In this document: one piece after another, positions 46,833 through 57,606 of the stretch
How positions within the stretch are numbered: the stretch's first letter is position 1
Layout of the letters: every line of letters begins with the position of its first letter
Origin: Synergistales bacterium
GTDB taxonomy: Bacteria > Synergistota > Synergistia > Synergistales > JAFGMB01
Reading direction: 5' to 3'
Assembly: GCA_963666205.1 (NCBI GenBank)
Contig: OY762654.1
Span: forward strand, 2,496,001-2,560,000
DNA: 64,000 bases
Translations under genes and position numbers: made by a program
Notes under the pieces: model-generated
Told to the model about the DNA's origin: nothing
The model's input: only the letters and a program-made list of their open reading frames with translations
Databases searched by the model: none

Positions 46833-47951
46833 TTGTCTATATTTTTGAGCTGTGGAGAAGTTTCAGGTGATAATTACCTCGCCCTTCTTATCAAGTCTCT
46901 TAAAGAAAATGGTTTCAATGGGACCTTATGGGGAATGCTTGGTCCACAGTCAGAAAGAGCAGGCGGTGTAAGTGTCTGGAGCTATCATGAACTTCACCTT
47001 ATGGGGATCCTGGAAGTTCTACCGTCAATTCCACGATTGATCAGATTGAAAAATGTCATGGTCAGGAAAATTCTTTCAGATTTGCCAGAGACAGTAGTTG
47101 TGGTTGATAGTCCCGATTTTCACCTTCCCCTGGTTAAATCTCTGCGTCGGGCAGGTTTTTCGGGTGCTATTGTGTATCTTGTTCCACCCACTGTTTGGGC
47201 CTGGAGGGAAGGCCGATGTTCGATTCTGGCTGAGCACTGTGATCTCTGCCTCCCCCTTCTTTCCTTTGAGAACGACTTTCTTCTCGACAAAGGAGTTAAA
47301 AGTAAATGGAAAGGCCATCCCATGCTTGAAAGCCTTAAGGACTTTACTCCTCCCACAGGAATAGTAAAAGAGGAAGAGAGAGCTGCCACAATAACTCTTC
47401 TCCCGGGGAGCAGGCCTGGCGAAATCAAAAAGCATCTCCCGGTTCTATTGGAATGTGCTTCCAGGATCAGAGACCTCTCGCTGAAACCTGTTTTTTCAAT
47501 ATCTTCAACTTTACCCGAGGATCTTAAAAGAGATATGAAGAAAAAAATCAGTCCATGGGATTTCTATGAGGGATCAGGCAGGGATATTATGTCTCTTTCC
47601 AGGGCTGTTATCGGAGTCAGCGGAACCGTGTCTGTCGAATCAATGCTCCTCGACAGATTCATGATCGTGATTTACAGAGGAGCCTCTTTTTCATGGTTTA
47701 TTTATAAACTCCTTATCTCTGCTCCCTATATTTCGATTCCGAATATAATGGCTGATGAAATGATCTTTCCGGAATACCTTCAACAGGATGTTAATGTGGA
47801 TAATATTATCGAAAGCCTGAAGAAGTATGTTTTTGATGAAAGTTATCGTGTCCGGGTTCATGAAATACTCGGTGATCTCAAGGATAGAATGGGCGCAGAA
47901 GGGGCTTCTGATTTCTGGGCCCGCTCCATACTTGAGATATCAGGACAATGA
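46833..47951 (+). CDS. lpxB: Lipid-A-disaccharide synthase
   Basis: CGEVSGD, VDSPDFH, PTVWAWR, GHP, LLPGSRPGE, SGTVSVE, ISIPN. Confidence 0.93.
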   Translation: MSIFLSCGEVSGDNYLALLIKSLKENGFNGTLWGMLGPQSERAGGVSVWSYHELHLMGILEVLPSIPRLIRLKNVMVRKILSDLPETVVVVDSPDFHLPLVKSLRRAGFSGAIVYLVPPTVWAWREGRCSILAEHCDLCLPLLSFENDFLLDKGVKSKWKGHPMLESLKDFTPPTGIVKEEERAATITLLPGSRPGEIKKHLPVLLECASRIRDLSLKPVFSISSTLPEDLKRDMKKKISPWDFYEGSGRDIMSLSRAVIGVSGTVSVESMLLDRFMIVIYRGASFSWFIYKLLISAPYISIPNIMADEMIFPEYLQQDVNVDNIIESLKKYVFDESYRVRVHEILGDLKDRMGAEGASDFWARSILEISGQ

Positions 47952-49054
47952 AAAAAGTTATCATCCTGTCAAATGGTCCGGGTGAAGTGTGGGGCTGGGC
48001 TCGACCTCTCGCTGCTGAATTGAAGAGAAGAGGGTACTATGTGATCCTGTGGCTTTTACCCTGTCAGTTTTCCAGTGGTAATGAAAAAGCGCTTTGCAGA
48101 TTTATTGAATCGGATGAGATCCATGGACCTTGCGGAACTATTAAAACCCTTCACGATTTCAGGAGAGCAAAAGGCGATCTCGTTATCCAGCTGGGTGGAG
48201 ATCTGCTTTTTGGAAGGGGCCTGGCCGGTTTTTTAAATAAACCTTTAATATGTTATGCTTATGGACCTAAAAAAGGGATGGATAAATGTAAAGTACTTCT
48301 TTCCGCTTTTGAATGGATGGCAGAGAGTATCAACCGAAAAACAGGATCTCCAGTTGAACTTGTTGGAGATCTTACTCTGGATGCCCTGAAAATGGATTCG
48401 GGAGAGAACCCCTGGGAGACTGGAAAAGGAACCAGGATTGCCCTTTTTCCAGGAAGCAGACCCAAAATCAGAGAAAAAGCCAGATTCTTTCTCGCAGAAA
48501 TGGTAGTGGAACTTCGGAGAGAATTGCCGGATCTCCAGGTAATAACTCCATTTCTCCCCGATGTAACTGAAGATGAAAAAAAGCAATGGGAAGATATGGG
48601 TCTTGCTCCTACAATTTCAGGATCAAGGGCTGTCCTTGAAAGTGCCCATATGGCTGTAACTCAACCAGGAACGAACAATTTTGAAATAATGCATATGGGA
48701 ACGCCTGCAATTGTTGCTTTGCCCTTTGATTTTCTGGAACTTGTTCCCCTCTCGGGAATAAAGGGTATGGTTGTATCTTTACCCGGGGTAGGTCCCTGGG
48801 TAAAGAGGAAATGGCTTCGAAGGATGGACAGGTACACAGGCTATCTTAGCTGGCCAAACCGGATGGCGGGTAAAGAGATCATGACAGAAATACGGGGAGA
48901 CCTATCCCCTTATGATCTGAGTCACAGTATCCTTTCCCTGCTTTCTGAAAGGCAGAAACTGCAAAAGCAGAGGCAGGAACTGTTGTCTATGAGCCGCAGG
49001 TCCCCCTTAAAAGCCTCTCATAATATATGTGAAGTAGTTGAAAGGTTGGTTTAA
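47948..49054 (+). CDS. Divergent LpxB-like GT-B glycosyltransferase
   Basis: SNGPGE N-terminal motif, LGGDL, VGDL, LFPGSR, QPGTN, SWPN. Confidence 0.75.
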   Translation: MKKVIILSNGPGEVWGWARPLAAELKRRGYYVILWLLPCQFSSGNEKALCRFIESDEIHGPCGTIKTLHDFRRAKGDLVIQLGGDLLFGRGLAGFLNKPLICYAYGPKKGMDKCKVLLSAFEWMAESINRKTGSPVELVGDLTLDALKMDSGENPWETGKGTRIALFPGSRPKIREKARFFLAEMVVELRRELPDLQVITPFLPDVTEDEKKQWEDMGLAPTISGSRAVLESAHMAVTQPGTNNFEIMHMGTPAIVALPFDFLELVPLSGIKGMVVSLPGVGPWVKRKWLRRMDRYTGYLSWPNRMAGKEIMTEIRGDLSPYDLSHSILSLLSERQKLQKQRQELLSMSRRSPLKASHNICEVVERLV

Positions 49055-49059
49055 CTGTA

Positions 49060-50814
49060 ATGGCTTCTCGAAAAAGTGTCTATCTAAGACTTTTAAAATA
49101 TGTAAGACCCTATATGAATCGTGTTTTTTCGGCGCTTGGGTGTATGATACTTGCCTCAGTGTTTACTGTTGTTCCTCCCTGGCTTCTGAAAAATGTTGTT
49201 GATGATGTGCTTATAGAAAAAAACATGGTAATTCTGAATGTTCTGGCTATTGGGCTTGTTTTCCTTTTTGTTGGGAAGGCAGTTGCGAGTTATGGTCACC
49301 AGTACCTTATGAATTGGGTAGGACAGCACGTGGTGATGGATCTCAGGTTAAGTCTTTATCAGCATATGCAGAAATTATCAATGAGATATATTTATGGCAA
49401 ACGGGTCGGAGAGCTCATGTCGAGGATAACCAATGACGTAATGATACTCCAGACCATGGTAACAACGGTTGTGGTTGACCTTGTTGTTCAGGGAGTTACC
49501 TTTCTTGGAATGTTGACTTTCATGATCTATATCAACTGGAAACTGACTTTATTGACCTTCTGTGTTCTTCCCCTTGCTGCAATGCTTCTAAACAGGGCCT
49601 CCAGTAAACTGCGTGTTGTGGGCCATGATATCCAGGAGCAGTTGGCAATGCTTTCTGCCACCGCCCAGGAGGCACTTTCCGCAATAAGAATAGTCCTTTC
49701 CTTTGCAACTGAAGAGGAGGAGGCCCTCAGATTTAAAAAACAGAATTTACTTAATTTCCGTGCTCTGATGAAAAGAACACAGTTGCAGGCTGCTCTTTCC
49801 GGGATAATAGAGGTTGTCCTTATCGGATCCCTTGCCCTGATCCTCTGGGTCGGAGGTCGTGAGGTAGTCCGGGGGAAATCAACTCCGGGGGAACTTATCG
49901 CCTTTCTGAGTTACCTTGGTTTCCTGGTTCAGCCTATAAGGGTTTATACAAGAGTGATAAGTAATATGCAGCATGGGCTTGCGGCCTGTGACCGGATATT
50001 CAGCCTTCTTGATACTCCCGTCGAAGTCCTCCCACCTGTAGATCCGATCTATCTTTCTTCTATGAAGGGCAGCATCTCTTTTGAGAATGTGTGGTTCTGT
50101 TATGAACCTGGTCAATGGATTCTTAAGGGGGTAACGCTTGAAGCTCTTCCTGGAGAAAATATTGCAATTGTGGGGCCAACAGGAGTAGGTAAATCAACTC
50201 TTATGGATTTCATTCCCAGGTTTTATGATCCACAGAAGGGTAAGATCAAAATTGATGGACATGACGTTCGTTCTCTGGATCTGAAAACACTCCGAAAACA
50301 GATCGGCATAGTACCCCAGGATCCTGTCCTGATGAAGGGATCTATAGCCTTTAATATTTCTTATGGCCTTGATGGAATAGACATGGTAGCTGTTCAGAAT
50401 GCAGCTGAAATAGCAGGAATAGATGATTTTATAGGTAGTCTCCCTCAAGGTTACGACACAGAGATCGGAGAGAGGGGAGTTACATTGAGTGGGGGACAGC
50501 GTCAGAGGATAGCCATAGCAAGGGCAATAATTCGTGACCCACGGATACTTATCATGGATGAGGCAACTTCTTCACTGGATATGGCTGTTGAGAGGAAGAT
50601 CCAGGAGGCCATGCGAAAAGCAACAGAAGGAAGGACATCTTTTATAATCGCCCATCGGCTGTCTACGATCAAGGATGCAGATAGAATAATAGTAATAGAT
50701 GAAGGCAAAGTTGTCGAAGAAGGAAGCCATGATGAATTGATAAAGACCGACGGATTATATAACCATCTATACAGACTTCAGTTTGGCGAAAATGATGAAA
50801 AATCTTGTTCGTGA
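49060..50814 (+). CDS. msbA: Lipid A flippase MsbA-type ABC exporter
   Basis: TM domain plus GPTGVGKS, LSGGQRQR, DEATS; sits in the lipid A cluster. Confidence 0.88.
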   Translation: MASRKSVYLRLLKYVRPYMNRVFSALGCMILASVFTVVPPWLLKNVVDDVLIEKNMVILNVLAIGLVFLFVGKAVASYGHQYLMNWVGQHVVMDLRLSLYQHMQKLSMRYIYGKRVGELMSRITNDVMILQTMVTTVVVDLVVQGVTFLGMLTFMIYINWKLTLLTFCVLPLAAMLLNRASSKLRVVGHDIQEQLAMLSATAQEALSAIRIVLSFATEEEEALRFKKQNLLNFRALMKRTQLQAALSGIIEVVLIGSLALILWVGGREVVRGKSTPGELIAFLSYLGFLVQPIRVYTRVISNMQHGLAACDRIFSLLDTPVEVLPPVDPIYLSSMKGSISFENVWFCYEPGQWILKGVTLEALPGENIAIVGPTGVGKSTLMDFIPRFYDPQKGKIKIDGHDVRSLDLKTLRKQIGIVPQDPVLMKGSIAFNISYGLDGIDMVAVQNAAEIAGIDDFIGSLPQGYDTEIGERGVTLSGGQRQRIAIARAIIRDPRILIMDEATSSLDMAVERKIQEAMRKATEGRTSFIIAHRLSTIKDADRIIVIDEGKVVEEGSHDELIKTDGLYNHLYRLQFGENDEKSCS

Positions 50815-53047
50815 TTATCTTGAATTTGCAAGAGGTGAAAAAAAAATCAGTCTCTGGTCTATCCTTATACCTCTGGGGCTTCTGACAAGATTTATTGTCA
50901 GGATAAGGACCTTTCTTTATGATCATGGGATTCTTCCCAGTTTTGAGACACCTATTCCGGTGATAAGTGTTGGTAACATTACTTTTGGAGGAACGAACAA
51001 GACTCCCTTTGTTGAAATGCTTGCGACAAACCTGCAAAGATCCGGTTTGAGAGTTGGAATTGTAAGCAGGGGGTATGGCGGAAATACTTTGGCCCCGGTT
51101 CTTCTGAAAGGGAATAATGCTTCAAGGGATCTGGTCGGGGATGAGCCCCTGCTTCTTTCTTCCAGGCTTGAAAATATACCGATAGCTGTCTCAAAGGACA
51201 GGATAAAAGATGTGGATCTATTGCGCCGGGAAGGTGTCCATTTAATACTGGCTGATGATGCCTTTCAGCATCGCCGCCTGGGAAGGGATGTTGACATAGT
51301 GCTTGTGGATGCCCTGTGTCCCTTTGGTAACGGGCAGTTCTCTCCGTCGGGGATACTTCGGGAGATCCCGGATTCCGTGAAAAGGGCGGATATAGTGGTT
51401 ATAACCAAATCCGACCAGGTGGAGAAGTGTGTTCTTGAAGATCTGAAAAGAAAACTTCTTAAGTGGGTCCCTTCCGATAAACTATTCTGTTCAAAACTGG
51501 AGATCACTTCCTGGTCCATATGGGATGATTCATGGAAAAATCTGAACAGGACAAACCCTGAGGGACTGAAGGTCGTGGCATTTTCTGCCATAGGGAGTCC
51601 TGACAGCTTTATCCGTTCACTTAAAGATAATGGCCTGGTGGTCTTACAGGAAAATCTATTTAAGGATCATCACAGGTTTTCCATTAGTGAGATAATGGAA
51701 ATGTCTGAATCTCTTGATTCTCTTAACGGGGATCTTCTTGCATGTACTGAAAAGGATATCTTTAACCTGCCTGAAGACCTTGGTGGGAAATACCGTTTTC
51801 TTGTTCCCAGAATATCTACCGTTATAGATAATGAAACACAATTTTATAATGTCATATCCGAATGTTTACGTCCCCGGATAGTAGTAACGTCAAATGGTTT
51901 TGGGGAAGATTCAATAGGGGCTCTTCTTGCTGCCAGGATACAGAAAAGATTCCCTCTGGCCAGGGTTTCCGGTTTTCCCATAGTAGGGCTTGGTGAACAT
52001 TACTCCAGGAAAAATATCGAGGTTATATCATGTCCTCATATCTCCCCCACGGGTGGAGTGATAAAGTATAGTGCTAGAGCCTTTTTTCAGGATATCAGGG
52101 CTGGACTTGTAAAAAATATCATAAGCCAGATTAAGGCATGGAAGATTCTCAGATGGAAGGTCCGTACTGTCGTATGTGTTGGTGACGTGTATCTTCTGTT
52201 GCAGACCCTGATCGGACAGGGTCAGGTTCCATTGCTTGTTGCGACTGCTAAAACGGTGTATCTGACAGGTCACTGGAAACTTGAGCAGTTTATACTGAAA
52301 CATCGTTGCAGACGGGTCTGGACCCGTGATGCAGAAACGGCACAGGAGCTTTTAAATTCTGGAGCTGATGCGGTCTTTAACGGTAATCCGATCATGGATC
52401 TTATAGAGGACAGCAGTGAAGGGAATGACCCCTGGCCGGCTGGTTCCTCCAGGAGGATATTGCTTCTCCCCGGGAGCAGGGCCAGAGCTTACGGGGATGT
52501 GGGGCTCCTGCTTGATGCGGCTGTTATCCTTAATCGTAGATTTTCCTCCAGTTTTGTCGCTGTCGTTGCCCCCACTCTGGATGTTAAAAAGATCCTCTCC
52601 ATGAATCCAGGGTGGAACAAACTTGAGTCTGAACCCTGTGTCATCGAAAGAGAGGGTGTGAAGGTCCTTCTTTACAAGGGATCACTTGTTGATGCAGCCC
52701 GTAATGCGGAGATCCTTCTAGGTCTTGGGGGTACTGCAAACCAGGTCTGTGCCGGATTGGGAGTTCCAGTTGTTTCTATATTGGAAAAGGGAAAGCTTGT
52801 TCAGAAAAAACTTCTTGGAGATTCAGAACTGCTTGTAAAAGCAGCCCCGGATGCCCTTGCAGAGGCAGCAGTAAGGATCCTTTCAGAACCTGAACTTGGA
52901 TCATGGATGTCAAGGGCTGGCAAAGTTCGGCTTGGTTGTCCGGGAGCACTGGAAAATGTGGTTGAATATCTGGATTCCAACCTGGGGTGGAATCTCAGGT
53001 CTCAGGTTTATTCGCAGCTTTGCTCTTTTTTCAGTTTAAGGAACTGA
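50783..53047 (+). CDS. lpxK: Tetraacyldisaccharide 4'-kinase fused to a C-terminal LpxB-related GT-B domain
   Basis: N-terminus has SVGNITFGGTNKTP, SRGYG, GDEP, DDAFQH, DHH, TEKD. C-terminal ~390 aa has SNGFGED, VGDV, GNPIMD, LLPGSR, GTANQ. Confidence 0.88.
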   Translation: MAKMMKNLVRDYLEFARGEKKISLWSILIPLGLLTRFIVRIRTFLYDHGILPSFETPIPVISVGNITFGGTNKTPFVEMLATNLQRSGLRVGIVSRGYGGNTLAPVLLKGNNASRDLVGDEPLLLSSRLENIPIAVSKDRIKDVDLLRREGVHLILADDAFQHRRLGRDVDIVLVDALCPFGNGQFSPSGILREIPDSVKRADIVVITKSDQVEKCVLEDLKRKLLKWVPSDKLFCSKLEITSWSIWDDSWKNLNRTNPEGLKVVAFSAIGSPDSFIRSLKDNGLVVLQENLFKDHHRFSISEIMEMSESLDSLNGDLLACTEKDIFNLPEDLGGKYRFLVPRISTVIDNETQFYNVISECLRPRIVVTSNGFGEDSIGALLAARIQKRFPLARVSGFPIVGLGEHYSRKNIEVISCPHISPTGGVIKYSARAFFQDIRAGLVKNIISQIKAWKILRWKVRTVVCVGDVYLLLQTLIGQGQVPLLVATAKTVYLTGHWKLEQFILKHRCRRVWTRDAETAQELLNSGADAVFNGNPIMDLIEDSSEGNDPWPAGSSRRILLLPGSRARAYGDVGLLLDAAVILNRRFSSSFVAVVAPTLDVKKILSMNPGWNKLESEPCVIEREGVKVLLYKGSLVDAARNAEILLGLGGTANQVCAGLGVPVVSILEKGKLVQKKLLGDSELLVKAAPDALAEAAVRILSEPELGSWMSRAGKVRLGCPGALENVVEYLDSNLGWNLRSQVYSQLCSFFSLRN

Positions 53048-53100
53048 TCTTTATAAATGATTAATATCAGAATTCAATCTGGTTGTGGAGATGGTGTTTG

Positions 53101-53961
53101 ATGACAAATGTTATTGATATCGGTGATTTCAAGATAGGTTCAGGACCATTGACAATTATAGCGGGCCCATGTTCTCTGGAAAATTTTGAAATATCCCTTG
53201 AAATCGCTTCAACGGTAAGGGATATCTGCTGTGGGGTAGGCATGAACTTCATTTTCAAGGCTTCCTTTGACAAGGCCAACAGGACATCCATAGACAGTTA
53301 CAGGGGCCCGGGACTTGAAAAGGGGTTGGAATGGCTCGGCGATATCCGGTCCAGACTGAATGTACCCGTTCTTACAGATATTCATGAACCATGGCAGGCC
53401 GCCCCTGTTTCAGAAATCGTGGATGTTCTTCAGATACCAGCTTTTCTGTGCAGACAGACTGATCTCCTTGTATCAGCCTCAAAAACGGGGAAACCTCTGA
53501 ATATCAAAAAAGCTCAATTCCTTTCACCACAGGATATGACTTCTGTGGTGAAAAAATGTACTGAAAGCGGCAACAGTAAGATAATGCTTTGTGAAAGGGG
53601 AACAACCCTGGGCTATAATCAACTCGTGGTTGACATGAGGTCACTCTCCCTGATGAGAGAACTCGGATGTCCCGTGGTATTCGATGCTACCCATAGTGTG
53701 CAGATGCCGGGCGGCAAAGGTTCAAGTTCAGGTGGTGACAGAAGATTTGTTCTTCCATTGGCAAGGGCAGCTGTAGCTATAGGTATCGATGCCCTGTTCA
53801 TTGAAACCCATCCAATGCCTGAAAAGGCCCTGAGTGATGGCCCTAACATGGTGCCTCTTGAAAAACTCGAGTATCTTTTGAGACAGATCAGAGACATAGA
53901 TGAGTTGGTCAAAAGAAATATAGGCATCAGTGACCTCAATTGGACTGGAGGAAAAGAGTAA
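53101..53961 (+). CDS. kdsA: Kdo-8-phosphate synthase
   Basis: [44 protein letters not shown]. Confidence 0.96.
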   Translation: MTNVIDIGDFKIGSGPLTIIAGPCSLENFEISLEIASTVRDICCGVGMNFIFKASFDKANRTSIDSYRGPGLEKGLEWLGDIRSRLNVPVLTDIHEPWQAAPVSEIVDVLQIPAFLCRQTDLLVSASKTGKPLNIKKAQFLSPQDMTSVVKKCTESGNSKIMLCERGTTLGYNQLVVDMRSLSLMRELGCPVVFDATHSVQMPGGKGSSSGGDRRFVLPLARAAVAIGIDALFIETHPMPEKALSDGPNMVPLEKLEYLLRQIRDIDELVKRNIGISDLNWTGGKE

Positions 53962-54968
53962 TGGTCTGCCTTCCCAGGGAAAGAGCCTGTAGAGAGCTCG
54001 AAGATGCAGATCTTCTGAATATTGGCAGGTCAGTCCTTGAAATGGAAGCCCGGGAGATAACAAGGGCTTCTCACAGGCTTGGCAAAGAACTTGTCGAAGC
54101 CGCAAGGCTTATCCAGGGGTGCAGGGGGAGGCTTGTAGTTGTAGGAATGGGCAAATCCGGTCTTATTGGCAGAAAGATCGCTGCAACTCTGGCTTCACTT
54201 GGAACCCCTTCTTTTTTCCTTCATGCTGCAGAAGGAGCTCATGGTGATCTCGGCATGGTATGCCGGGAAGACATTGGCCTTTTTATCAGTCATAGTGGGA
54301 AAACACAGGAGCTTCTCAAACTTCTTCCTTTTTTCAGCAGATTGGGTGCTCCTATAATTGCAATTTCTGGCGATAGCCTTTCTCCATTGGCAAAGAATGC
54401 TGATATCTACCTCGATTCCGGGATAGAAAGAGAGGCTGATCCTTTGAATCTGGCCCCGACTTCAAGCACAACTGTTCAACTGGCCATAGGTGACGCCCTT
54501 GCTGGCATGGTCACTGAGATGAAAAATCTTCAGAGAGAGGATTTTGCTCTTTTTCATCCAGCAGGTAGCCTGGGAAAGATGCTCCTCCTTCGAGTACAGG
54601 ATCTTATGGGTAAAGGAGAGCATCTTCCGGTTGTAAGACTGGATGCTACAGTGGGAGAGGCTCTTTTCGAGATAACGAGCAAAGGATATGGCGCAACAGT
54701 CGTTGTTGACGAAAAGGGAGATCTTGCCGGTATTTTCACGGATGGTGATCTGAGACGCCTCATGGAAAAAGATGGTTGTACATGTATGGAAGAAAAGATA
54801 GAGCTTGTTATGACAAGATCTCCAAAGGTCATAGAACCCCGGAAACTTGCAGCTGAAGCTGTCAGAATTATGGAACAGAATGAAATATCTGTGCTGATCG
54901 TAATAGAGGGGAATCAACCTGCAGGGATAATACACCTTCATGAATTGTTGAAAGCAGGGGTGGCATAA
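53961..54968 (+). CDS. kdsD: Arabinose-5-phosphate isomerase (SIS plus CBS domains)
   Basis: GMGKSG, HGDLG, EADPLNLAPTSST, FHPAGSLG, GIFTDGDLRR. Confidence 0.95.
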   Translation: MVCLPRERACRELEDADLLNIGRSVLEMEAREITRASHRLGKELVEAARLIQGCRGRLVVVGMGKSGLIGRKIAATLASLGTPSFFLHAAEGAHGDLGMVCREDIGLFISHSGKTQELLKLLPFFSRLGAPIIAISGDSLSPLAKNADIYLDSGIEREADPLNLAPTSSTTVQLAIGDALAGMVTEMKNLQREDFALFHPAGSLGKMLLLRVQDLMGKGEHLPVVRLDATVGEALFEITSKGYGATVVVDEKGDLAGIFTDGDLRRLMEKDGCTCMEEKIELVMTRSPKVIEPRKLAAEAVRIMEQNEISVLIVIEGNQPAGIIHLHELLKAGVA

Positions 54969-54972
54969 ACTG

Positions 54973-56226
54973 TTGATAACTATTTACAGGCTCCTGATAT
55001 CATTCCTTTATTTTCTGACATATCCCTATCTCGCAAAAAAGTACAGGGATGGATTAAATGAACGTAGGGGTCTATACAGCAACGATTTTAAAAGTTTCGT
55101 AAAGGGAAAACGTCCCCTCTGGGTTCATGCCGTATCAGTAGGAGAGGTTCAGTCTGCATCTTCCTTTATACATGAATTCATAAATGGTGATATCTCCAAT
55201 CCGGTAGTACTTTCCACTACTACCCACACAGGAAGGGAAATGTCAGAAAAGCTTCTCTCTATTAAGATCAGCCGTCACTTTTATTATCCATGGGATATAC
55301 CCTGGATCGTAAAGAGAGCGGTTGATACAATAGAACCAGTAGCATATGTTGTAATGGAAACAGAAATATGGCCCAATATCCTTTATGAAATGAAGCGTCA
55401 GGGAATACCTTCGTTTCTTGTAAATGGAAGATTTTCTGATAATTCCTTCGAGAAACGGAAGGGTAAGGCTAATTTCTGGAGGGATGTTCTCTCCCTCTTC
55501 ACACTGATAATGGTGAGGGAGCAGGAGGATTGCAATAAACTCAGGATGCTGGGAGTCCCTCCGGAAAAGATAAAACTCACAGGTGACTGCAAGGTCGATG
55601 CGCTCATCAATAGGGGCAGAGAAATTGATCTTACCAATGTTCGTAAGATAGTGGGAACAGGCAAACCTCTTTTTCTGGCAGGAAGTACCCATACTGGAGA
55701 AGATGAGGTTGTCCTTGAGGCTTTCGGAATGATCCGTCGGAATTCTCCCGAGGCGAAACTTGTTCTTGTCCCCCGTCACCCGGAGAGATCTGAGAGGGTT
55801 GCCGAACTTGCCGGGAAGTATGGACAGACAACTCTGTTGTCGGAGAATAGCGGTCCTGGATGGGATATTATGGTTATAGATCAAATAGGGCACTTATTCG
55901 AATTTTACGGAGTTGCCGATGCGGCCTTTGTAGGGGGCAGCATCGTTCCAAAGGGGGGCCAGAACCTTATGGAACCTGCCCTTTTTGGAGTTCCAGTGAC
56001 CCATGGCCCTCATATGGAGGATTTCCGGGAAGCATCCTCAAGATTGGGGAGTCTCGGAGTTGCCAGAGTTGTCAGAACGGCAGAAGATCTGTCTGCAAAA
56101 TGGGTTGAAGACATAGCTGAATCCAGAAAAGAAGCAGTCAGGGAGAATTGCAGAACCTTTTTTGAGGAACACAGCGGGGCTTCCTCCAGGTCCTGGCAGT
56201 TGATAAAAGATCATATTTCCTTATAG
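54973..56226 (+). CDS. waaA: Kdo transferase
   Basis: WVHAVSVGE, METEIWPN, AGSTHTGE, VPRHPER, VGGS..GGQNLMEPA. Confidence 0.95.
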   Translation: MITIYRLLISFLYFLTYPYLAKKYRDGLNERRGLYSNDFKSFVKGKRPLWVHAVSVGEVQSASSFIHEFINGDISNPVVLSTTTHTGREMSEKLLSIKISRHFYYPWDIPWIVKRAVDTIEPVAYVVMETEIWPNILYEMKRQGIPSFLVNGRFSDNSFEKRKGKANFWRDVLSLFTLIMVREQEDCNKLRMLGVPPEKIKLTGDCKVDALINRGREIDLTNVRKIVGTGKPLFLAGSTHTGEDEVVLEAFGMIRRNSPEAKLVLVPRHPERSERVAELAGKYGQTTLLSENSGPGWDIMVIDQIGHLFEFYGVADAAFVGGSIVPKGGQNLMEPALFGVPVTHGPHMEDFREASSRLGSLGVARVVRTAEDLSAKWVEDIAESRKEAVRENCRTFFEEHSGASSRSWQLIKDHISL

Positions 56227-56240
56227 GAAGGGGAATTATT

Positions 56241-57463
56241 ATGCAGATCAACTATGAACTTTTAAATGTTTTTTATGAGGGTCTGGATGAAAGATCCCGT
56301 AATAGTCTTGATGAAGCGGTAGCAAAGATCGTCAGGGTAAAGGAAAAGGGCGGCAAGGTAATGGTGGCGACCGAAGCGGACCGAATATTCATGAAGGAGT
56401 TACTACCCTTATTGCCGAGCTCATGGATAAAGGTATAGTTGATAGTGTTACCACCAGTTCTGCCGTGATAGGCCATGAAATGGCAGGTTCCCTCGACAGG
56501 GTCAAAATGGTTGATGCATCTGAGCTTGCTTTTGATGAAAAATTTATGCCCAGAGGGAATGTCTTTGAATTTACACAGCTTTCAGAAGATGAGATCAACG
56601 ACCTGAAAAAAGAGATTGTTCTTGACCTGGACCTACTGGAGAGGGGAAGCCGGATCGACGGTAATGTGATAATAAAGGCAGCAGGTAACATGGCCTATCC
56701 CATGGGCATGAGGACAGAAGCAGTCGCATCAGAAATACTCTCTATTGCCAGGACCTACGGTCTTCCCTTTGAAGAAGTGGCAGGATGGGGAGCAGATAAA
56801 AGATCAATGATAGGTGCAGGTTCCAGAAAAGGCATTCCTGTCCTTGTCAGCGTTCCACAGATGATAGGTTCAGGTAACGTAGGTCTTTCCATTGGAGACA
56901 GTATTCCTGTTTCACAGCGATGTATGCGCATTTCCCGTATGCTTGAGGAAGCAGATGTGATAATAGAATCTGCAGTGGCCCTAACCCAGGAGATACATGA
57001 TGGTCCTTTTGAATGTTATACGGGCCACGGTATATGGTCCTGGTGGAACGGTATCCATACTTACAGCCTTAAAGAGAAGTCTCTTATCCGGATCGATCTG
57101 GATGAAAACCTGAGAAAAGCTCAGGATGTTCAAAAAGAGAACAGTATGATACAGGAAGCCATAAACAAGGGTCTTCCCAAGACCAAGATATCCAGGATAC
57201 CCTTCCGAATGGAGATGTCCGCCTTTGCGAGGCATGAGGGGAGCATTCCCATAATCGGCGATATAGGTCAGGTCTGGCCCTTAATTGCTGTAAAAGTAGC
57301 GGAAGCTCTTAAGGTATCCCTTGATTTTATGAGTTATTCCCAGGAAACAGAGGATGGGAAAAGGATGAGGGAATGGATAGTAAGAGAGATTAAACCCTTT
57401 GACAGACAGCTACTCAGGCAAAGAGCTGAGGAATATAAGCTCGCTATTTCCAATAGAGGATAA
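56241..57463 (+). pseudogene. Deoxyhypusine-synthase-like (DHS fold) protein, split by an apparent 1-nt deletion near 56373
   Basis: Inserting one G (ACC G[G]A AGC GGA CCG AAT) fuses ORFs 56241-56438 and 56423-57463 into 407 aa reading KVMVATGSGPNIHEGVTTLIAELMDKGIVDSVTTSSAVIGHE. May be a sequencing error. Confidence 0.7.
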
Positions 57464-57574
57464 AACTTGAGCCGGCAACTGTCTTGCCTTTGGACAGGGC
57501 TGTGATACCATAATTCGAGATATCACAATTGCAAGTATCTTTCTTCCGGAAAGATACTTTGGCATGTCTTTCTT

Positions 57575-57606
57575 AGAGGGCGGGGCTTGAAATGGTCCCG
57601 CTCTTT
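57575..57606 (+). terminator. Terminator-like hairpin directly before the ELM1-family gene
   Basis: AGAGGGCGGGGC...GTCCCGCTCTTT followed by CCTT. Confidence 0.55.

Noticed and set aside
56365-56385. Programmed ribosomal frameshift in the DHS-like gene
   Set aside because: There is no X XXY YYZ slippery site or homopolymer at the break; a simple deletion or sequencing error is more parsimonious.
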